A DNA stretch of 64,000 nt, from contig NC_042997.1 in assembly GCF_006345805.1 (NCBI RefSeq), positions 7,130,001-7,194,000 of the forward strand, in the 5' to 3' direction. This stretch comes from Octopus sinensis (lineage: Eukaryota). Every line of letters starts with the position of its first letter. Position 1 is the stretch's first letter. The position numbers and the translations under genes were made by a program. Below, one piece after another: positions 25,331-39,726 of this stretch. A model generated the notes under the pieces. That model was given only the letters and a program-made list of their open reading frames with translations. It ran no database searches and was not told where the DNA came from.

Positions 25331-27699
25331 TCAGACACAACACCAATCATTCGGTATATTGAGATTTCCTTTTTGCGTATATTATGAAGTAGTGTGTAGC
25401 ATTGAAAAAATGCAAGAACAACTACTTCTACCACCACTTCAGCTGCCACAACAATAGCAATAATAACACCACTATTATCAACATCAAAGAAAAAGACATG
25501 GGATATTAATAAACACACCTGCAGTCTGAAAACGACACCAAGAACAGTAAAAATATTATGAGCAACAACACATATACAGTAGCAAGAAAAGGAGACAAGC
25601 CGCATTATCAACAATTACAGTGAACTTGTTGATAGCACAATCAAGTATTCAGCCACCATCAATAACATCTAAGATGCTTTGGAGAGTTAAGGAATCAGAA
25701 ACCAACACAAAATCACAACCACAATGCACACATTTATATAGACAAGTGGAAACGTCAGGGAATACCGAAACGAAACACAGATAGATGGTAATAAATTACA
25801 GCTGAAGGTACAATTTCATCCAACGTCATCAATTTTATTATAGTGCAAAGAATAACATGAAGACCCTATCAGAACAAAAAATAATCTCATGAAAAATGAG
25901 TGCTTTCAGAAACTCATGTCCCAAAATTCCACAAGAGCTCCTTTTAACTGAAAGAAACTGGCAGAAATGCATGTAAGGAATAAACGCACAATGGGCATTG
26001 AGCTTTTCTCTAAAGCAGCAATTAAAATCGAATTTAGGAGACTTTCCACATGTGCATATTAAAATAACACAGAATGAAATCTATCGCCTAAACTGTCAAC
26101 GACCAATTTCAGTAACCTTCACATTTGATGTATTCAAATATCTCATGGTGTGCAATATAAAGGTAGTTGACCAGTTTTTGGTTTGAAAGCCAAATGACCT
26201 GCTCTAATACGTGATTAGCAAATCAAGAATTCGTGAATCTATTATTGCCTCAGCTGGTTTGAAGCTTACAGGAGATTCATAATTTCTGGATTCGAGTAAT
26301 ATATTGATGGTATCTGATAGTAGTGGCAGAGACGTTAGCATATTTAATATACTGTCTGCCTATAGCTTTAAAACAACGTTTGATCGCATATTTTCAAATC
26401 TTCAGAAGTTTCACTGAACGGTTTTGACTTATTAGAATTTATTAGCACTTGTATTTGATTGAAATTGTCGTTTACAATAATGGAAAGACTATGTTGGCCT
26501 TGCATATATAAGTGAGAAGTGTTGTTATTTCTCAATCCACCTCGACTGGATTACCAAATGTTTCACTACTGAAATAGTACAAATATAACTCTTCATCTAG
26601 ATCAGCTATTGATGTTGTTTTTGTTAGAAATAAATACTAGTAAAGGTCAACATATTTTTTTAGTTTACAAGACAGCTATTCTGTGATTTTGACGGTTAAT
26701 TTAATTACCTTCCATTGAAAGTGAATTTTTATTTTTTGATTCGCTTTTCATGAACTCTCTTTGTTTTTCTATAGGTTACACAGATTACGTGGCGTATGTT
26801 ATTCAGGTATGTGAAGATTTTTAGTTGCAAATTTTTATGCGACATTCAGCGTGTACATGCTTTTGAGTCATTGAAGAATATATTCTCTGATGTCATAGAT
26901 TGTTGGGTAGAATTCGGATTTTCTATTTACATCAGTTTGTATCGTAATTCAGATCGAGTATATGTTTGCAAATATCCTATTATCTGGGCAGGTGGGTCTT
27001 CAATGATGCAGATAAATTATTTATTCAGCGATCAACTTTACTCGATTTGATACAAAGAGTTAAAATGAAATACCGGTGTTGTTATTAGTATAAAGGTAGC
27101 CTTAGGTTAGATTCTGTTACAGTGCACACGTTCCAGAATTACAGAACCACATCTCGGATGTATAGTATAGGACAATACAAATATTGATGAAATCGATTAC
27201 AAACGTACAATCGTTTATATACAATGTCGCATATGAAGTCCCATTTTAATAAACGACACTTTTCATTTTTGAATATTTAGCATCCCCCACTATTGCCGTG
27301 AACTTAAATCTAAAATTCGAATATTTGGTCACAAAATTAATATTATGCACACACAGCTGCACCAAATCTTATAAACTCATTAGCGTAACATTTAAAGTAA
27401 TGTTTTAAAACAGTCTCTAAATATTTGTTTAAATACTTTCTTTAACATTTGTTTTTATTTTAATATTTGTTCCGCTCTAATGAAAAGAAATTAGTTTATT
27501 TCTGAATATTATATCCTAGGTACACGGTTTTAATTTGATTAATTTGAATATTTGTATGGTTGTCAGAAGTCTGCCTCAAGATTAAAAGTCGTTCTAAATA
27601 TTTAGTATCGTTTATTTGGAACACGTTGCAGTGTTTCAAAGATCATCGGTAACGCATAACAATGATAGGAAACATTATAACAACGATGATTATAATAAT

Positions 27700-27880
27700 T
27701 ACAAAAAAGTTTATTGTTGTTGTTGTTTTATTATTATTATTATTATTAGTAGTAGTAGTAGTAGTAGTATTAGTTGTTGTTGTTGTAGTAGCAGCAGCAG
27801 CAGTAGTAGTAGTATTAGTAGTAGTAGCAGTAGCAGCAATAGCCGCAGCAGTATTGGCAGTCGTAGTAGTAGTAGTAGTG

Positions 27881-27928
<48 letters not shown>

Positions 27929-27945
27929 GTAGTAGTAGTAGTAGT
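27700..27945. repeat. Compound (TGT/TAT/TAG/CAG)n microsatellite
   Basis: Direct reading. Confidence 0.9.
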
Positions 27946-28821
27946 GTTTTTATTGTTATTTTTGTGACTGTTGTTATGTTTATACTTCCCAGTTTTATTC
28001 TTATTGTATATTTTCAACTTTTTGAGACAAAAAAAATGAATGAAAAGAAAATAATTAAATGTGAAAAATTTAAGAAAAATGAAAATGATAAAATATTTTG
28101 GCCAAACCAATTGCAATTCCAATTATCATAAATGAAAATCTCAACGGGCACAGAGAATATTGATTAGAACATGATCGCATTCTGTTTCTAAAATAGAATA
28201 GAGTAGAGAAACTTCTTCACTCGCTTACCTCTCCATAAGAAACAAATGATTTATGTTTGTCCCAGTTGGGATCCGAATGAAATTCATGACAATGCATATC
28301 TAGATTAAGGAAACGAAAAATGTTAATGTCATTCACACTAAAATACGTTGCTGGAATATAATAAATTGATTTCTATTACAAAGTGGGTCTAAAGCAAAAA
28401 TTGTACAGGAGGTACTTTTACATATCTTCTCTTCTTTAATTTTTCTAATTTTCTTTTCACATTTTCGGACATGTAAATAAACATGTTAAACCAAACCGCT
28501 GAAAGGGTTTCCTTAGATGAGTCATAGATATATCTGAATTGTTTAGATACAGTATAGAGATAATGTTTCCTTTATCTACATGAATGTAAAAACGCAATAG
28601 ATGGTATTCACTTCTAACTAGATGTTATGTTGCGCAAAATGTGAGCTATATCAATATAAAGTTGCAGATTCCCAAAATCTTATCAGTTCGTGCCAGTTAT
28701 AAGGCCAAACATTACTGAATGTTTCATCGGAATACTTCACGCGATTCTTGAGATATCTTGTCCAAGGACAAACAAGCAAACACGACTGAAAATAATACCT
28801 TCACCTTCGATAAGGCGGATG

Positions 28822-28838
28822 TAATAATAATAATAATA

Positions 28839-28873
<35 letters not shown>

Positions 28874-28880
28874 AATCATG

Positions 28881-28953
<73 letters not shown>
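28822..28953. repeat. (ATA/ATG)n microsatellite, 5' flank of R4/Dong element
   Basis: Direct reading. Confidence 0.95.
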
Positions 28954-28954
<1 letters not shown>

Positions 28955-28956
<2 letters not shown>

Positions 28957-31935
28957 CAATTACGGGGATGGAGTTGACCGAAAACACGAGGAGAGATGCA
29001 GAAGTAGATGCTGCACTTAATGTGAGTAACTGGGAGAAGTATTATATCTCAAGCCCTGAGTCCAAGGAAAGACTAAATAATAAAGACAAGGGAATGATCG
29101 AAGATATTACTAGTATCAATAAGGAAAACTTGGATGCGGAAATAAATAGAGTCAGGAAAGTAGCTAAAATGTTGCTCACGTGGTGGACCCTCAAGGTGAA
29201 TAAAATTCTGAAATAATTCAAGACAAATTATATAGCGGGAACGAATAGATGGATTAAAGTCAGCATCGTCTTTATAAGAAATAAAGTAGGCCTGAAATAA
29301 ACCGTAAATGTAGGACTGAGGAAAATGTACCTTTGTGGGAAAGAAGAAGAAAACAGTCAATGAACGAACTACGAAAACATATCAACATCTTGGAAAGAAA
29401 GACAAAAAAGAGAAATCGTGAGTGAGGAATATCAAGAACTAAAATATAGATATAGGATGAGGTAAAAAGGGGCCAAATATAGTTCTTGAATATCTGAAAC
29501 AAAGATCGCCGGCTAAAGCGACAAAAGGTCAGGAGATATTACCAAAGTATTGAACAATATATAAAATCAACAGATTGTTCCGACAAGACCCGAAAAGAGT
29601 TTATCAATAGCTGAGCGGAGAATTTAACAGACCAGATGTTGAAGAAAGTAAAAGGTTTTGGAATAACGTTTGAGGAAAATATAAGCAAGCATAACAAAGA
29701 TGCTAAATGGTTGACGGAATTAAGGTTGGAAAGAGCAATATTTGAATCACGAATGAAATGGCAACGGAACAGACAAGAAAGATCCAAAAATTGAAAGTAT
29801 ATTGAAGTATAGTGGTATAAGTATATTGGTTGAAAATTTGCCCAGTACTACACGGAAGAATAGTCACGCACATGGATAAATCGATCAACAATGGTGTACA
29901 AATCAGAAAATGGCTGACCACAGGTAAAGCATTTCTTTGCCAAAAGGATCCCTGCAAAGACAATTGCTTGCCTATCACTGCTCTTTCAATGATGTGGAAG
30001 CTGATAACAGGAATAATATCTAATTACATGTATAACTTCCTGGAAATGAATGACAAACTACCAGTGGAGCAGAAAGTGTGTAGAAGGAAAAGCAAAAGGG
30101 CAAAAAACCCAGTTTCGATAGTCAGAATGTTACTGAAAGACTGCAAGGAAAGACGTTCTAATCTGGGCAGGCTGAGAATGTATTATAAGAAATCTGTTAA
30201 CATAGTCCCCCATTCATGGATTTCAGAAAGTCTGGACCTGGTACAGGTGTCTGATGACATATAAAATTTTATTAGGAGAATGAAAAACAGGAATACAGAG
30301 TTAACTTCATGTGGAAAACTTTTGGCAACGATTAGATTCAAGAGAAGCATATTCCGAGGAGATTGCCTATCACCATTTCTGTTCCTGGTTTGTATGAATA
30401 TCCCACACACAGATTCTACAGAGGTTGACATAAGGTTACAACTTGAAATGTGTATGAAAATTAAATCATCTGTTTATATATGAATGATTTAAAGATCTTT
30501 GGAAAGACCGAACGTGAAATAGATGACTTAGTTTCAAGAGCGTAGATGTTCAGCAAGGATTTCGGAATAGAATTTGGGACTAACAAGTGTGGTATACTTA
30601 TAATACAAAGAGGCAAAATAGTGTCGTCTGATGATGTAAAGCTACTCAAGGGAGAGAAAATCAAGGATATTGAGACTAATGGATATATATATATATATAT
30701 ATATATATCTTTGGACTTTAGAATAATAGAAAATCATGGAAAATAAAATGAAGGTAAGTTTTAAGAGAGAATGTCTTAGAACCAAGTTAATTATGAGATG
30801 TAGACTCAATGTAAAGAAACAAAATCAGGGCAATGTATACACAGGTTGTCTCCTTAATACGATACGGCACAGGTGTTATTATGTGGAAGAGGTCTATAGG
30901 ATGCAAGATCTGTGTTGTCAATCAGAAGAACATTCTGGAAAGCTGCATCAAACAGAAGAATGAATCATTGCTTGCCGCTGTTAGAATTAAGAAAATAATA
31001 CCTACCGAAAATGTGATGTACCAACAAATATTTAACAAGCAATAAGAAAAACAAAGAGTAGAAAACTGGAAAATGATACCGCTACATGGGCAATACCTCA
31101 GGGAAATCGAAGGAAAGACATGATCAACACTTGGAGAGGGCTAACAAAAGGATGCATGGAGGAATTGATATGCAGCGCCCAGGAACAAGCTCTGCGTACT
31201 AATCACACCAAGTTCGAAATAGATAAGTGTGGCGAATACCACCTCGTAGAATGTGTGGCAGCAGAAACGAAACAATGTCACATATTATGACTAACTGTAG
31301 CAAGTTGCCCCCAGAACACTACAAAAGGACACAAAATAATGTGAGAAAGTTCGTCCACTGGAGGCTACGGGAAAAGACTGACCTCAACAGAGTACGGAAA
31401 TGGTACGAACAAGAACCAAGAGTCACCGAAAACAACGAACATATGTTACTGTGGGATTTTACAATCCAATGTGACTCCATAATTGAGGCACGGAGACCAG
31501 ATATTGCTGTGGTAGATAAAGGACGAAAGGAAACCATGATCATAGTTATTGCAATACCTTGTGTTACATGCATAAGTGACAAAGAAGTAGAAAAGATTGA
31601 AAAGTATATACTGCTAAAAGATGAAATTGCAAGAATGTGGATTATGAGGAGAAGGTAGGGACACTCCAGGCACTAACAGCCATATTCGAGAAATATGTCA
31701 GGAAAATCAAAATTGACATGAGAGTAGAGCAAACCCCACAAAATCTCTACTGGGAACAGCTAGGTTTTTGAAATTGGTCCTTGGATGTTGAATGTCTCAT
31801 ACAATAATTAACAATCAAGTATCAAAGCTTATAATGTGCATAAAGAGAATTTGTGAGGCCTCTGAGAGCAGGCTGCTGTCCGTTTTCACAGAATCTTCCA
31901 GGACAGATAAGGCAGAACGTTCTGAGAAGTAAAAC
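28955..31935 (+). mobile_element. R4/Dong-clade non-LTR retrotransposon (RT + CCHC + RLE), degenerate
   Basis: WLTTGKAFLCQKD, LPVEQK.CRR, VPHSWI, IFRGDCLSPFLF, FGIEFGTNKCG, RMCG..NETMSHIMTNC, RRPDIAVVDK..IAIP..EKIEKY; (TAA)n on both flanks. Confidence 0.9.
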
Positions 31936-31999
31936 CATAATAATAATAATGATAATAATAATAGCAGTAACAACAACAACAACAATCATAATAATAATA

Positions 32000-33282
32000 A
32001 TAACAGCAAAAACGTTTTACACAAAGCAGCAAACAGACATAACAGTAAACAGCTTTTACACCTTACAGAAAAGACCTTTTACTCATAACAGCAACACGCT
32101 TTACACATAACAACAAACATCTTTTACACATATCCAACAACTTTTAAACTTAGCAGCAAACACCTTTTACAAATAACGACAAACACCTTTACAGAGCAAA
32201 CACTTCTTACACATAAAAGCAAACACCTGTTACACTTAACAGCAAACATCTTTTACTCCTAACAGCATACACCTTTTACACATAACACAAAAGGCTTTTT
32301 ACACATAACAGCAAACATTTTTACTCATAAGAGGAAATACATTTTACGTATAGGAGCAAACAACTGTTACACACAACCGCAAACGCCTTTTATACATAAC
32401 AGCAACCAACTGTTAACATAACTGCAAGTACATTGTATCACTTACAGAAAACACCTTTTACACATTACGGCAAACGCGTTTTGCACATAACAGCAAACAC
32501 CTTTTACATATAATAGCAAACAACCTTTACGCATAACAGCAATCATCTTTTCACAACAAACACCTTATACACATAACAACAAACACCTTTAGAAATAACA
32601 GCAAATAACGTGTATACACATAACAGCAAAGAAAATAACACCAAGCACATTTTCCATGTAAACGCAAGCACCTCTTACATAACAGGTAAAACTTTTAAAC
32701 ATATAGCAAACACGTTTTACACATAACAGCGAAACCATTTACACATATCAAAAAACCTCTTTTACACATAACAGCAAACACGGTTTTACATAACAGCAAA
32801 ATCCATTTACTCATAACAGGAAACACCTAACAACTTTTATATATTACAGCAAACACTTTTTAGCATGTCAGTAAACAATTTTACACATAACAGCAAACAA
32901 AATTTAACATAACAGCAAACAATTATACACATTACAGCAAATGCATTTTACATATAACTGCAAAAGCCTTTTACGTATAACAGCAAAAACCGTTTACACG
33001 TAAGAGGAAACATCTTTTACACGTTTTAAAAATAACAGCAAACACATTTCACACATAATAGAAACCAACTTTAGACATACCAACAGACAACTTTAGCCCT
33101 AACAGCAAACATATTTTATAACTAACAACACCCATCTTTTACACATAATAGCAAACGCCTTTTACACATAACAACAAACGCGTTTTACAGACGACAGCAA
33201 ACACCTTTTTTTACACATTACGTTAAACACCTTTTACACATGACAGTAAAGACGTTTTACACATAACAGTAAACAGCTTTTT
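32000..33282. repeat. Degenerate ~25-bp minisatellite (ACACATAACAGCAAACACCTTTT)
   Basis: Dozens of tandem diverged copies of cataacagcaaac..ttttac. Confidence 0.9.
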
Positions 33283-33459
33283 ATTCTCATCTTAACTTAA
33301 AACTATTCTCTAGAAAACTACACTGTGCAAAACAAAATGTATGGCACCCTAGTTTTAACATGTTTCTCTGTTTAAGGACTCTGGGTGAGACTTGGAGTCA
33401 ATTTGTAGTAATACAAGTCAATAGCCAAACATAACAACAACAACAACAACAATAATAAT

Positions 33460-33892
33460 AAATGCTCTGATGCAGTATCATGCCATGATTTTCATGGCTT
33501 GTCCTCTTAACTGATTAAAAGTGTACCTTTTAATGGCTGACGATATGTGACCACAAGCAGAAAAAGTGGGGGAGCAGCATAGCCATGTGTTGAGAAGAAT
33601 TCTTTGGTCTTTGAATAATTTACCTCTAGAAATATGGGTGTTTTATTCATCATCCTTAAATAGCTCTTATTCGGAGACCTTTTGTGTAGGATGAGCTCCT
33701 CGACCAGAAGAAAATTCTAAGAAGGCCTCACCTGCGAAGTCATGCAATTTTATTATTGATGTGAGATCACCATTTTGCGCTCATATGGTTGTGATGCATG
33801 TGCCTGTTCTACTCTTAGCAGAAGGTTACTCATGGTGGGTATACTGGGCTTGTCATTTTGATGGCATCCACTGCTCTCTCAGTCAGTAATTA
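33460..33892. mobile_element. Probable interspersed repeat between microsatellites (family unassigned)
   Basis: Higher-complexity block bounded by (ACA/ATA)n and (GAT)n; resembles a recalled octopus repeat. Confidence 0.3.
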
Positions 33893-33924
33893 CGATGATG
33901 ATGATGATGATGATGATGATGATA

Positions 33925-36350
33925 ATCCATTCTTTATTAGCCACAAGGGTGGTCATTATAAAATATGAATGGCAAATTGAGGTTACATAAAGTATCGTGT
34001 AAAGCGCCAATAACAATGAAAAATATAAGAAACAAAATGCCTAAAAGCTGCATGATAACCCTCACGGAAAATCCGCAAGCGCCATGACCACTAGGGTAAC
34101 AGCCCTCTCCCCATCTTTCTCTCTCTCGCTCTCTCTCTCTCTCTCATCCTTGGAAACTCAAAAGCGCATGCTTAATGTAGATACGGACCATCTTCTCCCC
34201 AGGCACCCACCTTTTAACAAAATTGCTGGAAGACAGTACTTCTCTTTCAACCCTCACATTTCTTTTCAGTTGGTATCTGAAAAAGCTGATGAGGGGTAAG
34301 CCAAAGCAAAAATTTGTTTGCCTTCAGCCTTTTCAGTCTAGACCACCACACAACATATTTCTCTACAGCCACGAAACAGATGAAAATAGCCTCCCCTTGC
34401 TGGCCAAAGGAAGGTGGTGGGGAAATCATAATGTTGGAATCAGCTGACAAGCGGGTATGACCAACACATGACTGCAGGTGTTCGACATAAACCTCTATAT
34501 CAGATATACTCAGACACTGGACGAGGGCGTGCAGAACGGTTTAGTCGCTCTGCATTCATCTCGAGAAGGTCTGACTAACGGTACTTCCGTACATATAGAG
34601 TTTCTCTCGAACATGCAAAATTACTGAGCCGGTGTTAGCCAACTCTGCTCGACCATTGAAGAATGGCTTTCTCTCGGCCCATTTGTGGGTGAGATTGGCT
34701 ACCCTGCTCGTCACCTTGCTCCAGTTCTTCTCCAGTTAGAGGTCCGGTCCGAAGTAGACCCAGAGCAATTTTACGGGCCCGACAGTCCAACTTCCTACAA
34801 TGCGGTCAGTTGGCATGGATCTGCCTCTTCAGGTGCGGAGCTGCAGGCCCACCGACTTCAGCGGATTAAACTTTGTTTCCGTTATTTCCTCATATTCTTT
34901 CAAAGCAGCGCTTGACCAGGTCTATGTGCTTGTCGTCTGACACTGACGGCGAAGACGGCTGCGTATGCCATATCCTAGTTCACTTGAGATACTTTTCAAT
35001 GCCTCCAGTTTCCGAAGTAATGACTTGAGGGTCAGAACATACAGAAGAGACGAGCGTGGACACCCTTGACGAACCAAACGCATGTTGTTGAATGATTCCG
35101 ATAGGCAACCATTCACCTGATTACTGAGCAAATATCGCTGTACATGGCAGCGATCTATCCGCAAAAATCCGGACCGAAACTCGCCGCCGTGAAAACAGCC
35201 GCTAGATATTGCTGGTCAACACTATTAATGGCTTTTAACTGATATAAATTGATCAGACCCTCAACCATGCCAGGTTTCTTACTTACCCTACACACGATGT
35301 AGGGCTTGAGGTGGATGTTGTCATAGATGGACCTGTTTCGGAAGGCGCGTGTGTTTCAAGGGTTATAGCCAACCTCTCCACTAAAAATTTGGCCATAATT
35401 TTCATGTTTGCATTAAGCATTGATGAGTATAAAATTATCTAATAATTCCCTCTTCTTTGGATCCTTTCTCAACAGTAGACACCTGCCCTACAAACTTTAT
35501 TCTAGTATGCCAAACTTGTTTGCAGTACTGGTGGTGTCTCCAGTATTTTTATCTTGGCGACGCGCCGTCCCAAGTATTAGGACAAGTTCATTGTTTCGTT
35601 TTCCGAGCAAATCTGACTTCAATTGTGCCATATTTCTTACGCCTCGGCAGATATGTTAAGTCGTTCCAAATGTGTTGCAAGCATCTTTCAGCTACATTTT
35701 TCCATGGGAGTTTCTAAACGTATGTTTTTATTAAGATATAGTTTTGCACACTATGATGTATTTTTTCTATAATATCCGGAAATGTGTTTATCGAAACACA
35801 TCTTTCACGTTTTCTTTTTGAAATGGTTTTGTAGTCTTTGAGAGATTCTACAAAAACATTAATGAATTCGTTTCAAGGTTTTGTTATTGAAGCAAAACCG
35901 CAACGGTTTAATGAATTGGGTTGTTGTTGCTGTTGTTGTTATTCAGTGTTCAATGTGTTAGTGTTAGTGGTGGTAATGGGAGGATTTGGACTCACAGGTG
36001 TTACGACGCTAGCAGCGTTCATTAGCTGAATTTCCTTGTTATATTCCTTTTCTATCTCTCGTATCTTTTCTTATTTTTTCTTCTGTTGCTTAGCGTTGCA
36101 CGTGCTAGGAAGACTTTGGTCGTCCCGCTTTCTGCCTTTGAAGTCGCCTGGTGGGCGGAGACAATTAATTTTCAATCTCTTTTTGGCTGTCTTCCGACAG
36201 CACACGGAAAAATCTTCTCCAAACACATTTTTAAAAATTTTGAAATTGAAAATGAAAACATGGAAAGTTTAAATTGAAAATTCGCCCCAAAAGGGGAAAC
36301 GTCCGGTCTAATCGGGCTCAACTCGGTAAGCGGCTAGTCGGCCTGGCCAC
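33925..36350 (-). mobile_element. L1/Tx1-type LINE, internally deleted (5'UTR, ORF1 piece, RT piece, 3' end)
   Basis: ORF1 YLGRRVAKIKILETPP (35529-35576); RT QVNGCLSESF..VRQGCP.S.LLYVLTL..LLRKL (34922-35164); 3' end cccttgtggctaataaagaa. Confidence 0.75.
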
Positions 36351-36844
36351 AGAAATTTGTAAAACAATTACAGATACAACAATATGGTCAGATGATAAGA
36401 TTTATAAAAGTTTTAAATGTTAATAAGAGGAATGAAACTTTTTACAGATACAACAATATTATCTGTAAAAATTGATCAAAAACTTATAGCTCACGAACAC
36501 ACGTCTTTCCTCTTTGAAAAAAACGGGCAGAGTCCATATTATTATTATTATTATTATAATTATTATTATTATTATCATTATTACGGAGATGTACTTGCAT
36601 AGCAAGTGACCTGATCTGAGATCGTATGCTTGAATGAAAATAATTGCAGCGTGAAAGGTGTTTATAAGCCATTTAAAAACACACAAAAACCGTTAGATTC
36701 ACTTCAACATTTAATTTACCAAAATATTTTCGTCGCTTTGAGACTGCGACCTGTTCACTGACAAAATTTAGTGCTGCATAATAATGATGACGATGATGAT
36801 GATAATGATGATGCTGATGATGATGATGATGACGACGACGACAA

Positions 36845-37912
36845 CTATGAGTATCCATGAAGTAATAATAAGAATCCTGGAAATGGTTAGATATTTAAAG
36901 AACACAGAAGCATTGAATCTTGATGCTCAAGAACAAGTGTTAGAAATCAATTCTATTAAGTACACTTTTGGCAAGAGAGTAGATTATGTGAAAAGTCTTC
37001 CAAGATAGTTTGACATGTTATTAGTGAGCTCAATTCGGGCTCACAAGGAGCAAACAAAGCGCTATGACAGAGTGTTATTGTGAATATATTCGGAATCTTT
37101 GGTGATGTATGGTCCAAAATATTCCAACAAGTCGTAAAAGAACTAACCTTTGCCCTTAGCGGAGGATGATCAGGTGAACGCACGTAGAATACGCCAATCT
37201 GTACAGATAAGAAACCAACATATTCGACCAGATACCAATATTTTGTGAAAGGCGTGCAAATGAGGATCAACATTGTCGTAGCTATACCGGCTGACTAAAA
37301 TATTGTGAAGTGGAAACGTACGAAGAACAAGCATTAGGAATGGAACGCAACTACCAAGCCTCAAAAATGAGAATGATACCCGCGGTGATCGGTGCATGAG
37401 ACCATCATAAAGGAAGCAATATTCTGGCATGTAAATGTGCAAATAGGAAATATACAGATGTCAACAATATTCTGAAGGGCGACGTGTTGCGTCGTAACGC
37501 TACGAGCAGGAGCAGTGATGTGACATATATAAACTTTATAAACAACTCCATGATGTTAATAATTATACATTCGCAATTTAGGTTATGAAGAAAGTGTTAC
37601 TCATATGTAGTTAGTGCATGACGTATACTGGTACAGAAGTAATAGAAGAAAAAACGTGATGAAATAAGGAGAATAATGCACTGAGAGTGATGTAGAACTG
37701 TAGGATTTGACCATGCTGACTTTACAGGTAACATAATTTACAGGCCCAAATGATGGAAAAGTCAATATGTGAGGTGTAGATAAACAGGAAAGTGCCAGAA
37801 CCTATTTACCAAGACTATGGAAAATGCTAGTAAAATATATCCCTGTAGTTATAGGTGCATTAGGAACTAGTCGTAGAGATTCGAACAGATGGATAGAGGA
37901 AATATGCATGAC
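36845..37912 (+). mobile_element. Scrambled R4/Dong C-terminal fragments
   Basis: KRYDRV-like remnant at ~37055 and RLWKML..IPVVIGALGT at ~37812-37870. Confidence 0.5.
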
Positions 37913-37913
37913 A

Positions 37914-39726
37914 CCTGACAGCAAAAGATTTAAGATATGGAGATAACCGGAATATACATCTTCTCTTGGAGATAGATTATAATTTTCACAATTCTCGCTT
38001 CTTCATGTAACTTCAAAGCTCCATACTAATAAAACATGATATGTGTTACGCATATTCCTAATGTTGGTGTATATTTATTACTTCTATTGGATACACACCC
38101 AGCAGTAAAAATAAACACCATTTAGTACAACAAATAAATTACTTCACAACCACGTACAGTGTTATTGCGAACATCTGGGATACATAAGACGGTTCTTGGC
38201 ATTTAAGGTTAATTGCTATAGCCTGTTGAATGGTAGAGTCGACTTCGACGGCATTTGAACTCAGACGTAAAGGCTGAGAAAATACTACTAATCACGACCC
38301 ATTCATATAATAATCCGAAGGAGGAGGAGGAGGAAATGACTAACAATAATATTGTGATTTCTTTCATTTACCACATAATTATCTGTTTAGTAGAACATTA
38401 TAAAGAGATTTTACAATCTCTTTCAATTCATAAAAAACGATGACGGTGATGAAGTAATAGGGTTAGTAGGTGAGATAAAAAGTGCAAATGTGATTACCAA
38501 ATTTTATGGTTGCTATGGACTTTACGGAAAAACTCTGAAGAATTTTATTGCCTACCTCAATAGCCTGCTTCGATTCTGCCACCGAAATTTGCGGCAAGCT
38601 CTCGAGACAGGCAATGAAATTTATCTTGCAATACACCAGCCACTTGTCCCATACAGTGAAGCAAATTGCTGCAGGAAGATCGCACAGATTTGCTTGGAAT
38701 AAAGACTCACGTGCTTATCAAACATTGAATTGTGAATTCGATGCGACGTTGCACATCTGCTATCATGACAAATCATATGCCTAAGTTCTGACAATTTAAT
38801 TTTAGTCCTTTGCGTTAAATGAATTGGGCGAAACCCAATGTCGTTCCATGCACATCGTTTGTGATGCTTTTCGGAAGCATATATACTGTGTTTTGCATTA
38901 CATCTCCTGCATTACACATTTGCTGCATTACTACTGGTATACAAAAATTGTTGATTCGTGTCTTATTGTTTATTTCATAGCAATCTACTATTTTTTGTAA
39001 GACTTACGATATTAATGTCTGGTTAACTGACTCCCTAAACCGGTTTCCGCTAGATTAGCAAAACGGTAAATACGCGTTCAATTTCCATCACCGTCGACCC
39101 TGCCTTCGCAGACCATCTAGGGTGACAGTGAAAACACAATTTTTTAATATTCCTAACTGCTGCTGGTTGGAATAATCTCTTTGTGTGTGTATGATCTAAT
39201 GGAAATGTATATGGTCCATTTTATGAAGAGTACACTGTACGTCACTACTGTTTTCACAAGTAATTCTTTAAATAGTTTTGTCATGTTCCCTTGGAAATCC
39301 AACATCGAGAATATTTTCTTTTTTAAATGACCATATACCTTTCTTGAAAATTCGGTATTTTTTAATGCGTACCTGTATTCTATTTATTATAATGTGTGAT
39401 ACTTATTATAATGTGTGATACCGCTAGTGATACTTGTATGCACATATTTAGGATTGATTTTGTTTTATTTTTTTTTTTGTATTTGTGATTGCGAAGTAAT
39501 TTATTTGTTTCTTTGATTAAATTGTTTTGTTTTACTGCTGGTTGTGTATCCAATGGGAGTAATAAATATACGCCAACAATAGGAATATGCGTAACACATA
39601 TCATGTTTTAACAGTATGCAGTTTTGAAGTTACATGAATATGCGAGAATTGTGAAAATTATATCTGTCCCCAAGAGAAGATGTATATTCCATTGACCTTC
39701 ATATCTTAAATCTTTTCCTGTCAGTT
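37914..39726. mobile_element. Putative DNA transposon with ~240-bp terminal inverted repeats
   Basis: 37914-38155 is the reverse complement of ~39482-39726 (ctgacag..aagatttaagatatg..catgatatgtgttacgcatattcct..aaataaattacttc). Confidence 0.75.

Noticed and set aside
32000-33282. CRISPR-like regular repeats
   Set aside because: No unique spacers, diverged units, eukaryotic context and no cas genes; it is a minisatellite.
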